A stretch of DNA of 64,000 bases from Paraspadella gotoi (Eukaryota; Animalia; Chaetognatha): assembly GCA_051294375.1 (NCBI GenBank), contig CM119269.1:21650038-21714037 (forward strand), written 5' to 3'. This document shows positions 38,961 to 52,907 of the stretch, piece by piece (the first letter of the stretch is position 1; each line of letters opens with the position of its first letter). A program made the position numbers and the translations under genes. The notes under the pieces were generated by a model. It saw only the letters and a list, made by a program, of their open reading frames with translations. It searched no databases and had not been told where the DNA came from.

Positions 38961-41689
38961 CTGGGCACGAAGTCATTGGGGAACAATCCAGTGAACCTGG
39001 CAATCCTTCGAAAACTTTTGGACAACTATCCCATCAAGTGAGTAAGCTATGACTCCTTTCGACTTGGAAGACGGATGACTTACGAATAGATAGCGAGCAA
39101 ATTATATGGCTCCGGTTTTTCTGATCATCTGCATTCCTCATTTTTATATTGTAATCTTTTTTCTATAATAAGTAATGCCGCCCACAATCTCGGTGCCCCC
39201 TTTATAACACAGAAAGTACAGTTTTAATAATCTGGGTGATAGCAGATGCTTAGCAACAAACCAAACGTAATCAAAGAATTCTTTATATACATCTAGAAAT
39301 TGATTAAGTATATAAATTGGACTTTTCAAGTCCGCTGCCGAGCTTGATTAGAGTCAGACGCCTCGTACGCATCAAGTACCTGCTTATTATCGATGAAGTG
39401 GTATAATATTACAAAAACTGTTTCATTCGCATAAACAGACGACACTCTCCATCAACAGTAATGTATGTAATATTCGTAAATGACGTAACACAGAATCCTT
39501 TATTGCCAAGACGGCCCACACGGGAAACGACCGGACCACGAAAACACTGGCGCAGCTGGCACTGAATTACACGTCGCCAAGCTGAGTCTTTATTAACGCA
39601 TATGATCATGCAGCGTTGTCGAAGGCTATCAACGGCATTCTGGACTATGACAAAACTTTGCTGCATAGGCAGCGACTCTTTTGGTGCCCAAACACACTTT
39701 ATCAAATTCATTCGGACACGAGCAGAGTTGATGCGTACAGCCGCGCCTCTTTCCGGCAGCGCGACTCTGCGGGGGGGATGAGGCCGCAGCTACCCTCGAC
39801 CTCGCTCTCTGCTTTTCCCCAACGGCCACGCATGACCTCAGACGCTCAGATCCAATTGGTTTTTCTTCGTCCCGCCGCGCTCTCACGGATTTCTTCCGGT
39901 CCGTGGCAGAGCCACAAAGAAGACAACAACCAAACTTCACCTTTTCATCCCTGCTACACATCGTTTTGCTCCTCACCGCTCTGTATCAATTATTCTATTA
40001 ACCTTTATATCATTGTCATTGCCAGTCCGCATAAAACCTGTTCTTTACACCCTATGTCGTCGATCTTCTAGCAATTAACTTTGGTTTTGATGGTGGACTA
40101 AAATCAACCAACCGCCTTAGCAGCGCGGCCAATCTGGTGGCGGAGGAGCACATCTCATATTGCCTCCCCACTCAAACAGGTCCGAGGGTTCTTAGCCCGG
40201 TGGTCACCTAGCAGTTAGAGGGACAGGTGGCTACAAAGCCTGATTCCGAAAGACTCAGGGACTGCTTATATTGACACGGTTACTATCACTAACATATAAC
40301 AATCATATTACTGGTCTCTTACAAGCTTTGATTAATTCCTATCAGCTTATTTGGCTTTGTATAGTATGAATAAAACAAATCTATCACTATTTTGTCTACT
40401 GACATTCCTAATCTTGATTACTAATTTTCCATAAATGTCTAATTGGTCTAAATCTGATCAAAATAGATCACAACGGTGGCTGATCTGCGAACAGTACGGC
40501 ACCACCTTTGAACTGTCCAAGAAACAAAGTTTTAGGCAAAACAGATACAATTCCCGAAGATAAACTAAGTTTGAGCAAAGAATCGCCGAACTGGCCACGA
40601 TCATTAGCGGTAAGTCTGAATTAATTAATCTAGTTAAGCTGAATTACATTAAATTCGAAATCCCGCGACATTCTTTTTTCGGCTCCTTTTTCATCAACTG
40701 ACGCGACACAAAAAAAAGCAATCGACGACCGTCTGATAGGCGCAAACGACGACAACTAATCGCCGAATAACGATTAATGGTGATTGGCATTACTTGATTA
40801 ACATTGATTGATTGATTCGATTGATTAGATTTGATTAAATAACTAATTAATCACTGATTGAAATTCATATGAATTGAATATGACTTGAACTAATACTAAT
40901 TATTGATTCTAGTTAATAATTAATTGATTTATTAATTGAAAGAATTTAATTAATTGAAATTAGTTGAAAATTATGTTGACTAATATGAATTAAATTAACT
41001 GATCCTAACACTATTTGACGTAATTAATATATTTCGCAATTACATCTTAATATGAACAAGAAACAGCATAATCAATATAGTGAAAAAGGTTTTTTTGTTT
41101 TTTTCATTTAAACTCATTATCACACTCCAGACGAAATTCCAGTCGACAACTCCTGAATTCATCAGCTTACATTTCAAGTGCAACTAGCCGCCCTTATACC
41201 TACGAGTAAAGTATGGCTTATCAAAGCTCACAGCGGGGATGACGACGGACGGGACGCGGACGGACCGGAGAGAGCGGACAGTCCGTCTTTTTTTTTTTGC
41301 ATAATTTAATACATTGCGAAAAAGCTTTCTTTCTTTTCAGTTGAGTTTCAGATACCAGAAAATAAACGACGCACAGTCATTTTCAACAACCGATTATGAA
41401 TTTTCTATTTATGAGCAGAAACATCGTTTCAGCGTTTCCATCAGCCCAGCCAAAATCGCGCCACTGATGAAGGCTTCGCATGAACAAGCCGAACCATAGG
41501 TCCCTGTATCAAAATCAAATAGTGTAAAAAAAAACCAAAAATTGCAAAATCATAGAACATGTTATTCTGACTTTCAAGAAACAATAGTTACATATGTTAA
41601 ACCCATTTATTTTTCTTATTTTGTTATTAATATCTCCACCAGAGAGACAATGACCCTTCCCCCACCTCCTCCCCCCACTCCTTTCACAG

Positions 41690-42052
41690 ACCGCCAACGT
41701 CTCACGCTTTCACGGTTTCCACGTTCACACTCACGGCGACATCTTCACCGACGGATGTCACTCCGCCGGCGGTCACTTCAACCCGGACAAAAAACATCAC
41801 GGTTCACGTGATAACAAACACGACGAACGTCACGTGGGTGATTGGGGCAACATCGAGGTTCGTCCCGACGGCACGGTCACCGCCCAATTCGAGGACGATC
41901 TGGCGCGGCTGGTCGGGTCCAAGGGCGTTTTGGGCCGGGCCATCGTGATCCACGCGGGGCAGGACGATCTCGGACGTGGGGGCAACGCAGGGTCCAAAGC
42001 GTCGGGAAACGCGGGACAGAGACTCGCATGTTGCGTCATCGTGGCAGCTTGA
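41690..42052 (+). CDS. Cu/Zn superoxide dismutase exon 2 (intact copy)
   Basis: cacag|TANVSRFHGFHVHTHGD...GCHSAGGHFNP..HHG...RHVGDWGNI...GRAIVIHAGQDDLGRGG...SGNAGQRLACCVIVAA*; Cu/Zn ligands, the disulfide Cys pair and the active-site Arg are present. Confidence 0.93.
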   Translation, partial: TANVSRFHGFHVHTHGDIFTDGCHSAGGHFNPDKKHHGSRDNKHDERHVGDWGNIEVRPDGTVTAQFEDDLARLVGSKGVLGRAIVIHAGQDDLGRGGNAGSKASGNAGQRLACCVIVAA

Positions 42053-43175
42053 GACCTGGGGAAGGTCTTGGGGAATCCTTGGAACCTGGAATCCTTGAAA
42101 CTTTGAAACTTCAAAGACAATCTCTTCGACTTAAGAACCGATGATTAAAAGAATTATTCATTTTTACTGTATTATTTCATTTTTTATTGTAATTTATAAT
42201 ATAATTGCATCTCGCTTAAATAGAAATACAGTTTTAATTGGTATAAAGTTACAAACCAAATAAAAATTCTTTATTCATTCTAAAAATTATTAATTATAAA
42301 TGGGCTCTTACAAGTCCCTGCAAGCTTTTAATCAAGACTCTCGCACAGTACCTGCCTTATCTATCGATGAAGTGGTATAATGTTACAAAAAATGTTTCAA
42401 TTGCATGAAAGGACCACTTCCTCAAGTAATGTATTAATATTGTATGATAACCAGAATCCTTTTTCCAGACGCCACAGACGACGCCAAAACTGCAGTGACT
42501 ATTACCCTCCCGTTATTCCTCGGCTCACGGATTTGGACTTGACAAACTTTGTGCATCNNNNNNNNNNNNNNNNNNNNNNNNNNNNNNNNNNNNNNNNNNN
42601 NNNNNNNNNNNNNNNNNNNNNNNNNNNNNNNNNNNNNNNNNNNNNNNNNNNNNNNNNNNNNNNNNNNNNNNNNNNNNNNNNNNNNNNNNNNNNNNNNNNN
42701 NNNNNNNNNNNNNNNNNNNNNNNNNNNNNNNNNNNNNNNNNNNNNNNNNNNNNNNNNNNNNNNNNNNNNNNNNNNNNNNNNNNNNNNNNNNNNNNNNNNN
42801 NNNNNNNNNNNNNNNNNNNNNNNNNNNNNNNNNNNNNNNNNNNNNNNNNNNNNNNNNNNNNNNNNNNNNNNNNNNNNNNNNNNNNNNNNNNNNNNNNNNN
42901 NNNNNNNNNNNNNNNNNNNNNNNNNNNNNNNNNNNNNNNNNNNNNNNNNNNNNNNNNNNNNNNNNCATGGTCTCGTCTCCCGGGCTTCAACCGGGTTTCT
43001 CGTCGTGGCCGTAGCCACAGAGAACACAACAATTCAACTTTCATCCTCGTAACATCGTTTTGTCTCTTACTGTGTAATCATTATTTATTCAGACCTTTTT
43101 ATATCATTGTATTGAGCCTCGACAATAAACTGTTTACACCCTAATGTCGTGATCTTTCTACAATTAATTTGGTTT

Positions 43176-43420
43176 ATGTGGGACTAAAAATCCACCAACC
43201 GTTCGCAGCGGCCATTAGCTGCGAGGCTCATTTGCCTCCCAACTCAAAAAGGTCCGGGGTTCTAGCCCGCGTGGTCACCTAGCAGTTAAGAGGGACGGGG
43301 CGCTTAAACCCGCCCGTAACACGGTGCTTACAGCCGATCACGAAGCTCAGGCGACTGTTATATTGAACGCGGTTCTATCACTCTAACTCATAACAATTAT
43401 TATTGTCTCTTCAGTTTGAT
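43176..43420 (+). mobile_element. Third full-length locus of the tRNA-twister repeat (noisy re-copies of it at 40090-40335 and 50560-50785; re-copies of the other loci at 45511-45770 and 46361-46451)
   Basis: agcagttaagagggacggggcgcttaaacccgcccgtaacacggtgcttacagcc...gaagctcagg.gactgtt. Confidence 0.75.
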
Positions 43421-44077
43421 AATTTCCTTTTGTTTTGTTGTGTGAATAAAAACAAAAATTCTCCTATTTTGTCTACTAATTATTAATTTGGTTTAATTTT
43501 CATAATGTCTAATGTCTAAAATCTGATAAAATAGATAAACAAGGTGGTTGATCTGCGAAAGTACCACCCGCCTTTGAATTGTCAAGAAACAAGTTTTAGC
43601 AAACAAACTGCCTACGATAATTATGCGTAATTATACGATAATTATAATTATCCGAAGATAAATAAGTTTGAGCAAAGAATGCCGAATCTGCCCACGATCA
43701 TTAGCGGTAATTGATTAATTAATTAGTTAAGTAATTAATTAAATTGATGCGACATTTTTTTTCGGTCTTTTCATCACTGACCACAACAAAAGCAATGACA
43801 ACGTTGATGGCGACGACGACAATAATGCCGATAACGATTAATTGATTGGCTTACTTGATTAATTGATTGATTGATTGATTGATTGATTAAATGAATAATT
43901 AATTGATTGATAATTGAATTGATTGATTGAATAATTAATTAATTGATTTATTAATTAATNNNNNNNNNNATTAATTAATTAATTGATTTATTAATTTAAA
44001 GATTAATTAATTAATTATTGAAAAATTATTTGACTAATTGATTAATTAACTGATTAATTATTTGAGTAATTAATATA

Positions 44078-44230
44078 TCTTTTCAACAACGATTTGATTT
44101 TTTTTTTATGACAGAAACATGTTTCAGCTTTCATGCAAGCCAAAATGCGCTGATGAAGGCATGAAGGCATGAAGGCATGAAAGCCGAAACATGTCCCTGT
44201 CATAATAAAATCAAATCGTTGTTGAAAAGA
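44078..44230 (+). mobile_element. Foldback containing a hammerhead motif (core 44150-44195); noisy copies at ~41415-41525 and 51432-51571
   Basis: CTGATGA-aggc...gcc-GAAA-CATGTC...AATAAA; the left arm 44078-44141 is an imperfect reverse complement of the right arm. Confidence 0.65.
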
Positions 44231-47200
44231 CTTTGTCTTCGTTTCCTGACATAATTTATCATATTTTTTGTTCTGACATGATTTAAGTCACATACCGGCA
44301 AGCTTTTGGGTTGGGACCGACGGACCGACAAAGGTGAATTATAGTAGCCGAGATCTGCTGAAGCAAGTTCCGGCTAAAAACAGATAATTTTTTTAATTTT
44401 GTGATCCTAACAGATCATGCCATTAACTAACCAAACTTGAATCATTTTTTTAATTTGCATCATTTTTTTAACTCAAATGATTTTTCAACTGCATTATTTT
44501 TTAAATTCACACATTTTTTAACTGCATCATATTTTTAACTCAAATCTTTTTCACACTCGGATCATTTAAACTCTGACGTTTAACATGCCATTCATTTTTT
44601 ACACTTCGACATTACTTATACCAAATTGCTACTGTCATTTTTTTAACTTGCATCATTTTTACAAATTGCATCATTTTTTTCACTTTAAATTAATTAAGTC
44701 GAGCATTTTTGATTAAGCAATAAATAATAAAAATTAGTCAATTTTTTTTTATGCAAACTCATTTTCACTCCTTCATTCCATCTAAACTATATATCCTGCT
44801 CAATCTCACACTTTCCTACCACACACAAATTATTTCATCTTAATCTATCCATAACACAATTAGTGATTCTAAATCCATCGATTAATTATAGGTTAAAATT
44901 AATAACAATACAAAAGATTTTAGTAAAATGTGACTTATGTTTCCTTCAATAAACCCTACATTTTTACTATCCAAACCTTTATTATTCAGCTCAATCACAC
45001 ACCTTCTCCTAAGCCACAACACAAAAGAATTTCATCTCAATCCATCCATCCAATACACGCAGCTACTCTCTCTCTTNNNNNNNNNNNNNNNNNNNNNNNN
45101 NACGAAATCTAAGTGAATGTCGAAGACGGTTACATTGTTCAATTCTGGGCGGAGAGTGGACAATCACAGGTTGAGTTCCAATTCCTAGCAGTACATCGGA
45201 TCGCAGCTTCATGGGTTAAAAATCCCGCGGATGGAAGCCATCCATCATTGGCCAGTTCATTTGTTCGCTTGACAATGGAGAATGTTCCATTCTTCTTCCG
45301 GCGGATTTCACCCAGAGTCAGTTGATCCGAATTTAGATATGGACAGTCTTGAATTCCTCTTTCGATTAGATTTGCATCACACACTGGCTCGCGTCGGTCC
45401 TGATGTTGAGGAAATCAACGTGACAAACACGAAAAAGATCATATTTATGATTAATTTATGATACTTATAATACATCGTCGTAATATTCTTGGGATCAATA
45501 AAATAACGAGTTATGGCGGACTAAAAAATCCACCAACCTGTCCACCACGGAATTGGTGCCGGAGGCAATCATTCGGCTCCCAATCCAAAGGTCTGGGCAT
45601 TTTAGCCCCGTGGTGGTCGCCCTCTCGGCATTACGGGACGTAGCGCTTTTAACCCGCCTATGTTTAACGGTGTTACAGCTTGATCAAAGCTCAGGACTGA
45701 TTATTAAACGGTTTCTGTCACTCAATAGCATACCTAATTTACTGTCTGTTCCACATGTTATTAATTTATTTTAAAGGATAGGAGCCACGAACCTTATCCT
45801 AGGCCTGTTGAGTCAGGTCAAGATAGCTTATTTTTGGAACGAACATGGCTATTTTTTGTATTTATGATGTACCAATTTCACTGGTTCTTTGAGCTACCAA
45901 AATTAAAGAAAATTCTACACGGCTATCAGTAATTATAAATAGCTGGTACTAGCTTGATTTTGCAGCTGCTCTATTAAAATCGAGTTAACTATTGCTGTGT
46001 AGCATAAATTAACGTATTTTGGCCAATTAATGGATTATGAAAATAGAATATAAAAATATAGATAAAAAGGGGAAAAAATTTAACGGCACCATTTCCCTAA
46101 ACTGTTACTCAAAAGTTTAAATAACCAAACCTCGCCTCATTTCTTAACATTTATCGTAATCCTCACCCTACTTCATTCTATCCTACATCTATTAACCAAT
46201 CTCAGTAATTATCCTTAACGAATCCTGTATCCCAATCCTTATCGGTTTACCCTAATCGCGTTATCCCTAATCCTTAAAAAGCTAATGAAAAAACAGTATA
46301 TTATTTTTATATGAATTTGACAACATAGTAAAAATTATCATTCATCTTAATAAATAAGCTATATGGTGGACTAAAATCCACAACACGTTCCATATCACGA
46401 GGCCCCATTTGGTGCCGGAGGCAAGTCATTCGGCTCCCAACCCAAAGTCCGGTGGCCACTATATGAGCTGTTAGGGTGGCTGACGGAAAATATTCACAGT
46501 GGGCTCCGCTTATCGAGGCCAGAACGACTTTACACTATATGAGCTAGTAGGTGGATGACGGAAAATAGTTCACAGGCCTCGCTAGTAGATTTTGATGTAG
46601 ATTTGTAGATTTTGTCCGCCATACTAACTTAATTCCTTTATTAAACAAAATATGTCAACTTTTAAAAATTATGGCCCAAATTTTCCATGAAAGTGCAGTG
46701 GAGATGAGATAAAGGCAAGATTCAGGGAAATCTAATTATAGAATTAATTCTTAACTTAACTTTAATTTTCCTTCTTAATCTTTAACTAAAATTCAAAATT
46801 AATTTCGAATTTTGGAGATAAATATGATTTTTTGGTAAGGAATAAGGCCCAATCGCGTGGGTCTGTGAGGCTATCGGTTCTGACCTGACCGGAACTGTTC
46901 TGAGCAGTTTAAGCTATCATTACAAGTAAGACCTTTGGGAGAAGCAATTATTTTCGAATCTCGAGTCGACATTTCCGATTTTAACGACAAAACAAAAAGA
47001 TTTTAGTTTTTATGTTAGTCACGATTTTTATTAGCATTTGTCACTTCTAGTATTTTCCTGTTGCTTCGATTAGAACTGACGTCAAACATGGACCGCCTAG
47101 GGTCAGACTTCTGCAAGTCGCCCCACTTTGTCTACCTGCTCCTAAAGATAGCAAGAATAAGGACGGAGAAGAAACTAACTCCATAGTTTACCTGCGTACA

Positions 47201-48229
47201 GTGTAAAATTTACATTATTTATTATTATTTCAATTCAACTTTTGATAGATTTAAAATATTAATTTTGGCTAAAGGGAAAAAATGTGAAAGAAAAAAATAA
47301 CTTGAAAACTCCATAGCCTAGGCTCTAAGTACATATTCAAAATTATTTTATTTTCAAACGACAGCGCCCAAAAATCAGTATGTCTCGTGTTTGCAATGTA
47401 AGTTGCTCATTCGAAGTGATCAATAAATCATGTTATGCTAAAAGAAACGAAAAGTATAAAACTATTGACCAGACCAGGGTGACGAACCGTCATAAATATC
47501 TCTGACTCTGAGAAATAAAATTTCGTTTGAGTTTCGAGGGCACTTTGCGACGTAAATCGTCAATTTTAGGTCTTACTAAATAGTGTTCTAGCCTCTCAGC
47601 TCACTTTTGACGAAAATTATTTTGGGGGCGTATATAGTTTAAAAATTAATTTATTAATATTTAATATTTTTTTTTTAATATTGTTTTAAAACTTTTTTAA
47701 AATTATTTTTGATTCTGGCCTTCCCTAGAGTTCTTCTAGTCCGAATTGGACCCTGGATAGTCTTCCCACCAGACGACTTCAATTGACAATTTCATGATTC
47801 AGTAGTAAGCCCCCCCACCCCCAAAAAAAACGGTTTAAGAGATGCCGTTATTCATGATTGAAAACCGGTTTTTCCGCTGTAGAAGAGAAATGTCTCCTTC
47901 CTTTTTCGAATTAAAAATCCGACTTGAAACGAAAACCCTTTTTAAATTTTAAACTTATATAAGTCAAATTTGTATTTATGTTAATAATTAAAAGTATATA
48001 AAATATAATTACAAACACTTTATGTACGAATACACTAAGATTGTTAGTAAGCCTTCTTAACTCTATTTAACGTAAGAATTATGTAAACTACGAGAAGACG
48101 TTAATGTTAAAGAACGGGTAAAGAAATTCAATACTTATTGAATTAAACTTATCATTTGAATTCTTGTGATAGTAGAAGTATTAATTTAATTGCAGTACAT
48201 ATTTAGTTCAGTTATTACTTAACTAAACA

Positions 48230-49670
48230 ATGACTCCAATAATCGCTCAATTTTTGGGATTCCAGCATCGCGATCAATCGATTGATCGTCGCCGTCATCG
48301 TTCTCGCAGTTCGATCGTCCAGATGGCTGACAACGATTCTGCCACCAGAATGCATCTTGCATGTGGGCCAGTAATCAAGCAATAAGCGGACATGCAAAAC
48401 GCGCCGAGATAATCCGATCAAAGCAAGCGAGATCACTGAAGAGTCGGACCATCGGCTCAACAAAGTTCGCCGTCAATCTTAATGGGTTCAAGGTGGGAAG
48501 TGGGGAAGAGATTGAAAATGAGGATTAACTTGGGAAGAGATGAAAATTGGGATTAAAATTGGGGAGCAGATTGAAAATTGGATTAAATTGGGAGAGATTG
48601 AAAATTGGAATAAATGGGAGAGATGAAATATGGATTAATTGGGAAAGATTGAAGAATTGGGAATAAGTGGAAGATTGGAATTGAATTAAATTGGAGAATT
48701 GAGAATTGGGGATTAAATTGGGGAAGAATTGAGAATTGGAATTTAAATTGGAGAGATTGAGAATTGGAATAAAATGGGGAAGCAGATTGAAAAATTGATT
48801 AAATTGGGAAGAGATGAAATTGGATTAAATTGGTGAGAGATGAGAATTGGATTAATTGGAGAGAGTGAAAAATGGTATTAAATTGACGGAGAGATTGAGA
48901 ATTGAGGTATTAAATTGGGGAAGAGATTGAAAATGGGATTTAAATTGGGAAGAGATTGAGTACAATTGGATGAATGGGAGAGATTGAGAATTGGAAATTA
49001 AATGGGAAGAGATTGAAAATTGGAATTAAATTGGTAGAGAGTGAGAATTGGGATGTTAAATGGGGAAGAGATTGAAAATTTGATTGAAATTGAAATTGAA
49101 TTAAATTTTTCTTTGATAGAATTAAAGTTTTAAAAAAAAACCACAAAGATTGCAAAATCACTAAGAACATATTATATCTGACATTTCAGAAACAATATTA
49201 CATATTGTGTAACCATTGTATTTTTCTTATTTGTTTATTGAGATTATCGTCCACACGAGAGACAATGACCGGCTTCGCCCACTCCTCCCCGCGATCCTTT
49301 CAGCAGACCCAACGTCTCACGCTGTCACGGTTTCACGTTCACACTTCACGGCGACATCTTCACCTGACGGATGTCACTCCCCGGCGGGTCATTCAACTCG
49401 GACAAAAAATCACGGTTCACGTGGATAAACGAACACGACGACGGTTCACATGGCGTGATTGGGCCAACATCGGTTCGTCCGACCGGCCGGTCACCGCATT
49501 CGAGACGATCTGGGCGCGGCTCTGGTCGGTCCACAGAGGCGTTTTGGGCCGGAGCCCATCGTGATCACGCGGGGCACGGACGATCTCGGACGTGGGGGCA
49601 CGCCAGGTTCCAAACGTCGGGAAACGGACAGAGAACTCCGCCATGTTCGCGTCTCCGCTGCCGCCCTTGA
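48230..49670 (+). pseudogene. Frameshifted copy of both SOD exons inside the duplicated block 45102-~52200
   Basis: 48230-48493 matches exon 1 and 49307-49670 matches exon 2, with many 1-nt indels; flanks also duplicate 34113-37560 and 41530-45075. Confidence 0.75.
48495..49100. repeat. ~28-30 bp minisatellite (aattgggattaaattggggaagagattgaa) in the SOD intron; also 37541-38140
   Basis: Directly visible tandem units. Confidence 0.9.
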
Positions 49671-52548
49671 GACCCTGGGAAGGGTCTCTGGGAATTCCTT
49701 GAACCCTGGAATCTTGACCACTTTGAAACTTCAAAGCACAATCTCTTCGATTAAAACCGATGATTAAAAGAATTATTCATTGTTACTGTATTATTTCATT
49801 GTTTTATTGTAAATTTATATATAATTGGCATCTGCGCTTAAATAGAGAATACAGTTTTTAATTTGTATTAAAGTACAAACCAAATAAAAATTCTTTATCA
49901 TTTAAAAAATTATTTAATTATAAATTGGCTCTTACAAAGTCCCTGCAAGCTTTTTAATCAAGACTCTCGCACAGTACTGCCTTCTCATCGATGAAGTTGT
50001 ATAATGTTTACAAAAAAATGTTTCAATTGCGTGAAAGACCACCTCCTCAAGTAATTGTTAATATTGTATGATAACAAAATCTTTTTCCACGACGCCACAG
50101 ACGACGCCAAAACTGCGTGACTATTACACCTCCTCCGTATTCCTCGGCTCACGATTTGGACTTGACAAACTTTGTGCATCAGCAGCGACTCTTTTGTGCC
50201 AAAGCACCCTTTATCAATTCATGGACACGGGCCAGAGTGTGTCAGCCGCGCCTCTTTCCGGAGACGCGACTTAAGGGGGGGAGAGGCCGAGCTACGTCGA
50301 CTCTCTCTCTTTTCCCTCAACGACCACCATGACCTCAGACCTCAGGTCATTGGTCTCGTCGTCCCGGCTTCAACGGAGTTTCTTCCGTCTTGGCCGTAGC
50401 CACAGGAGAACACAACCCAATTCAACCTTTCATCCCGTAACATCGTTTGGTCTCTTTACTGTTGTAATCATTATGTATATAACCTTTATATATCTGTTAT
50501 TGGCCTCGCAATAAACTGTTTACACCCTATGTCGTGATTTCTACAATTAATTGGTTTTATGTGGACTAAAATCCACCAACCGCTTCATCAGCGGCCATTT
50601 GGAGCCGGAGGCACATCACTTTGCCTCCCAACTCAAAAGGTCCGGGTTCTAGCCCGGTGGTCCCTAGCAGTAGAGGACGGGGCCCTTAACACGGTGCTTA
50701 CAGCCTGATCCGAAGCTCAGGGACTGCTTTATATGACGGTTCTATCACTAATCATAACAATATTATTGTCTTCTTCAGTTGATAAATTTCCTTTGTTTTG
50801 TTTGTGAATTAAAACAAAAATTCTCCTTTTGCTCTACTAATTAATTATTTGGTTTACATTTCATAATGTCTAATGTCTAAAATCTGATAAAATAGATAAA
50901 CAAGGTGGTTGATCTTGCGAAAGTACCACCCGCCTTTGAATTGTCAAGAAACCAAGTTTTAGCAAACAAACTTGCCTACGATAATTATGCGATATTATAC
51001 GATAATTATAATTATCGAAGATAAATAAGTTTGAGCAAAGAATGCGAATTCGCCCACGATCATTAGCGGTAATTGATTAATAATTAGTTAAGTAATTAAT
51101 TAAATTGATGCGACATTTTTTTCGTCTTTTCATCACTGACCCAACAAAAGCAATGACAACGTTGATGCGCGACTAAGACAATTAATGCCGAACGTGTAAT
51201 TGATTGGGCTACTTTATTAATTGATTGAATTTAATTGATTGATTGATAAAGTGAAATTGAATTGATGATGAATTAATTTATTGATTTGATAAATTAATTA
51301 ATTGATTTATTAATTAATTAATGATTTATTAATTAATTAATTGATTTAATTAAAGATTATTAATTAAATTATTGAAAATTATTTGACTAATTGATTAATT
51401 AAATGATTAATTATTTGAGTAATAATTATTATCTTTCAACAACGATTTGATTTTTTTATACCCGAAAACATGTTCAGCTTTCATGCAAACCAAAATGGCG
51501 CTGTGAAGGCTTGCATGAAAGCGCGAAACCTGTCCTGTTCATTAAAAATAATCAAATCGTTGTTGAAAAGACTTCGTCTTCATTTCCTGACATAATTTAT
51601 CATAATTTTTTGTTCTGACATGATTTAAGTCACTTACCGGCAAGCTTTTGGGTTGGGACCGACGGACCGACAAAGTGAATTATAGAGGCCGAGATCTGCT
51701 GTAAGCAATGTCCGGCTAATAACGATAATTCTTTTAATTTGTGATTCCTAACAGAATCATGCCATACTAAACCAAACTTGAATCAATTTTTTTAATTTGC
51801 ATCATTTTTTTAACTCAAATGATTTTTCAACTGCATAATTTTTTAAATTCAACATCATTTTTTAACTGCATTATATTTTAACTCAAATCTTTTTTCAACT
51901 CGGAATCATTTAAAACTTTGATCATTTTTATCACTTGCATCGATTTTTTTTACCTTCATAATTTTTTGCTACTCGCATCATTTTTTAACTTGCATCATTT
52001 TTACAAATTGCATCATTTTTTCACTTTAATTAATTAAGTCGAGCATTTTTGATTAAGCATAAATAATTAAAAATTCAATTTTTTTTTTATGCAAACTCAT
52101 TTTCACTCCTTCATTCCATCTAAACTTATATCCTGCTCAATCTCAACGTTTCCTAACCACACACAAAATTTCATTTCAATCCATCCATCCAATCACGAGT
52201 AATTGAAGTTTTTGCTAGGGGAAACGGACGATGGCTAGACAGACGACAGACAGACGGACGGACATCATTTTTTTGCATAATTTATCATAGTCGATTTATG
52301 ACATGATATAAGTGAATGCCCCACAAGATTGAAGGGCGACAGAACGACGCGACAAGTGATTATAGAGTCGGGTCTGCTGATAAAAAAAATTCGACCTAAA
52401 AGAATCAAATAAAAGAAAAGAAAAGATGGAGCTCGTCTTGGAAGGAGCGCTCACACACACGATTTCTCACACAGCCAAATTAAGCGAAATGGAGCTCTCT
52501 TTTTTCTTTTGTTCGGACCTTGGTTTGCAAGGTCTTTCTCTCTCAATT

Positions 52549-52580
<32 letters not shown>

Positions 52581-52833
52581 TTGTTTCTCTTTTTTAGTTT
52601 CACTACTATACCAGTCCCTATCCGAATTTGAAAATTCCTCTGAACGTCTGTTCGTAAATTTCTCTCGTCCTCGAAAATTTACGAATCGAGTTTTTTCCGT
52701 CAAGTGTGGCAAGTTAAAAGTTTTCAAATTCGACTTGAAAAACTTGAAATAAACATTATTTGTGATAATATAACTGACATCATCATGAAAAGTATTATTT
52801 TACGATGAAATAAAATTATGAATTGGTACAACC

Positions 52834-52868
<35 letters not shown>

Positions 52869-52871
52869 CCA

Positions 52872-52907
<36 letters not shown>

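Noticed and set aside
42380-43144. ORFs spanning N-runs (also 62839-63856)
   Set aside because: Artefacts of translating through gaps; only 62853-62979 has exon support.
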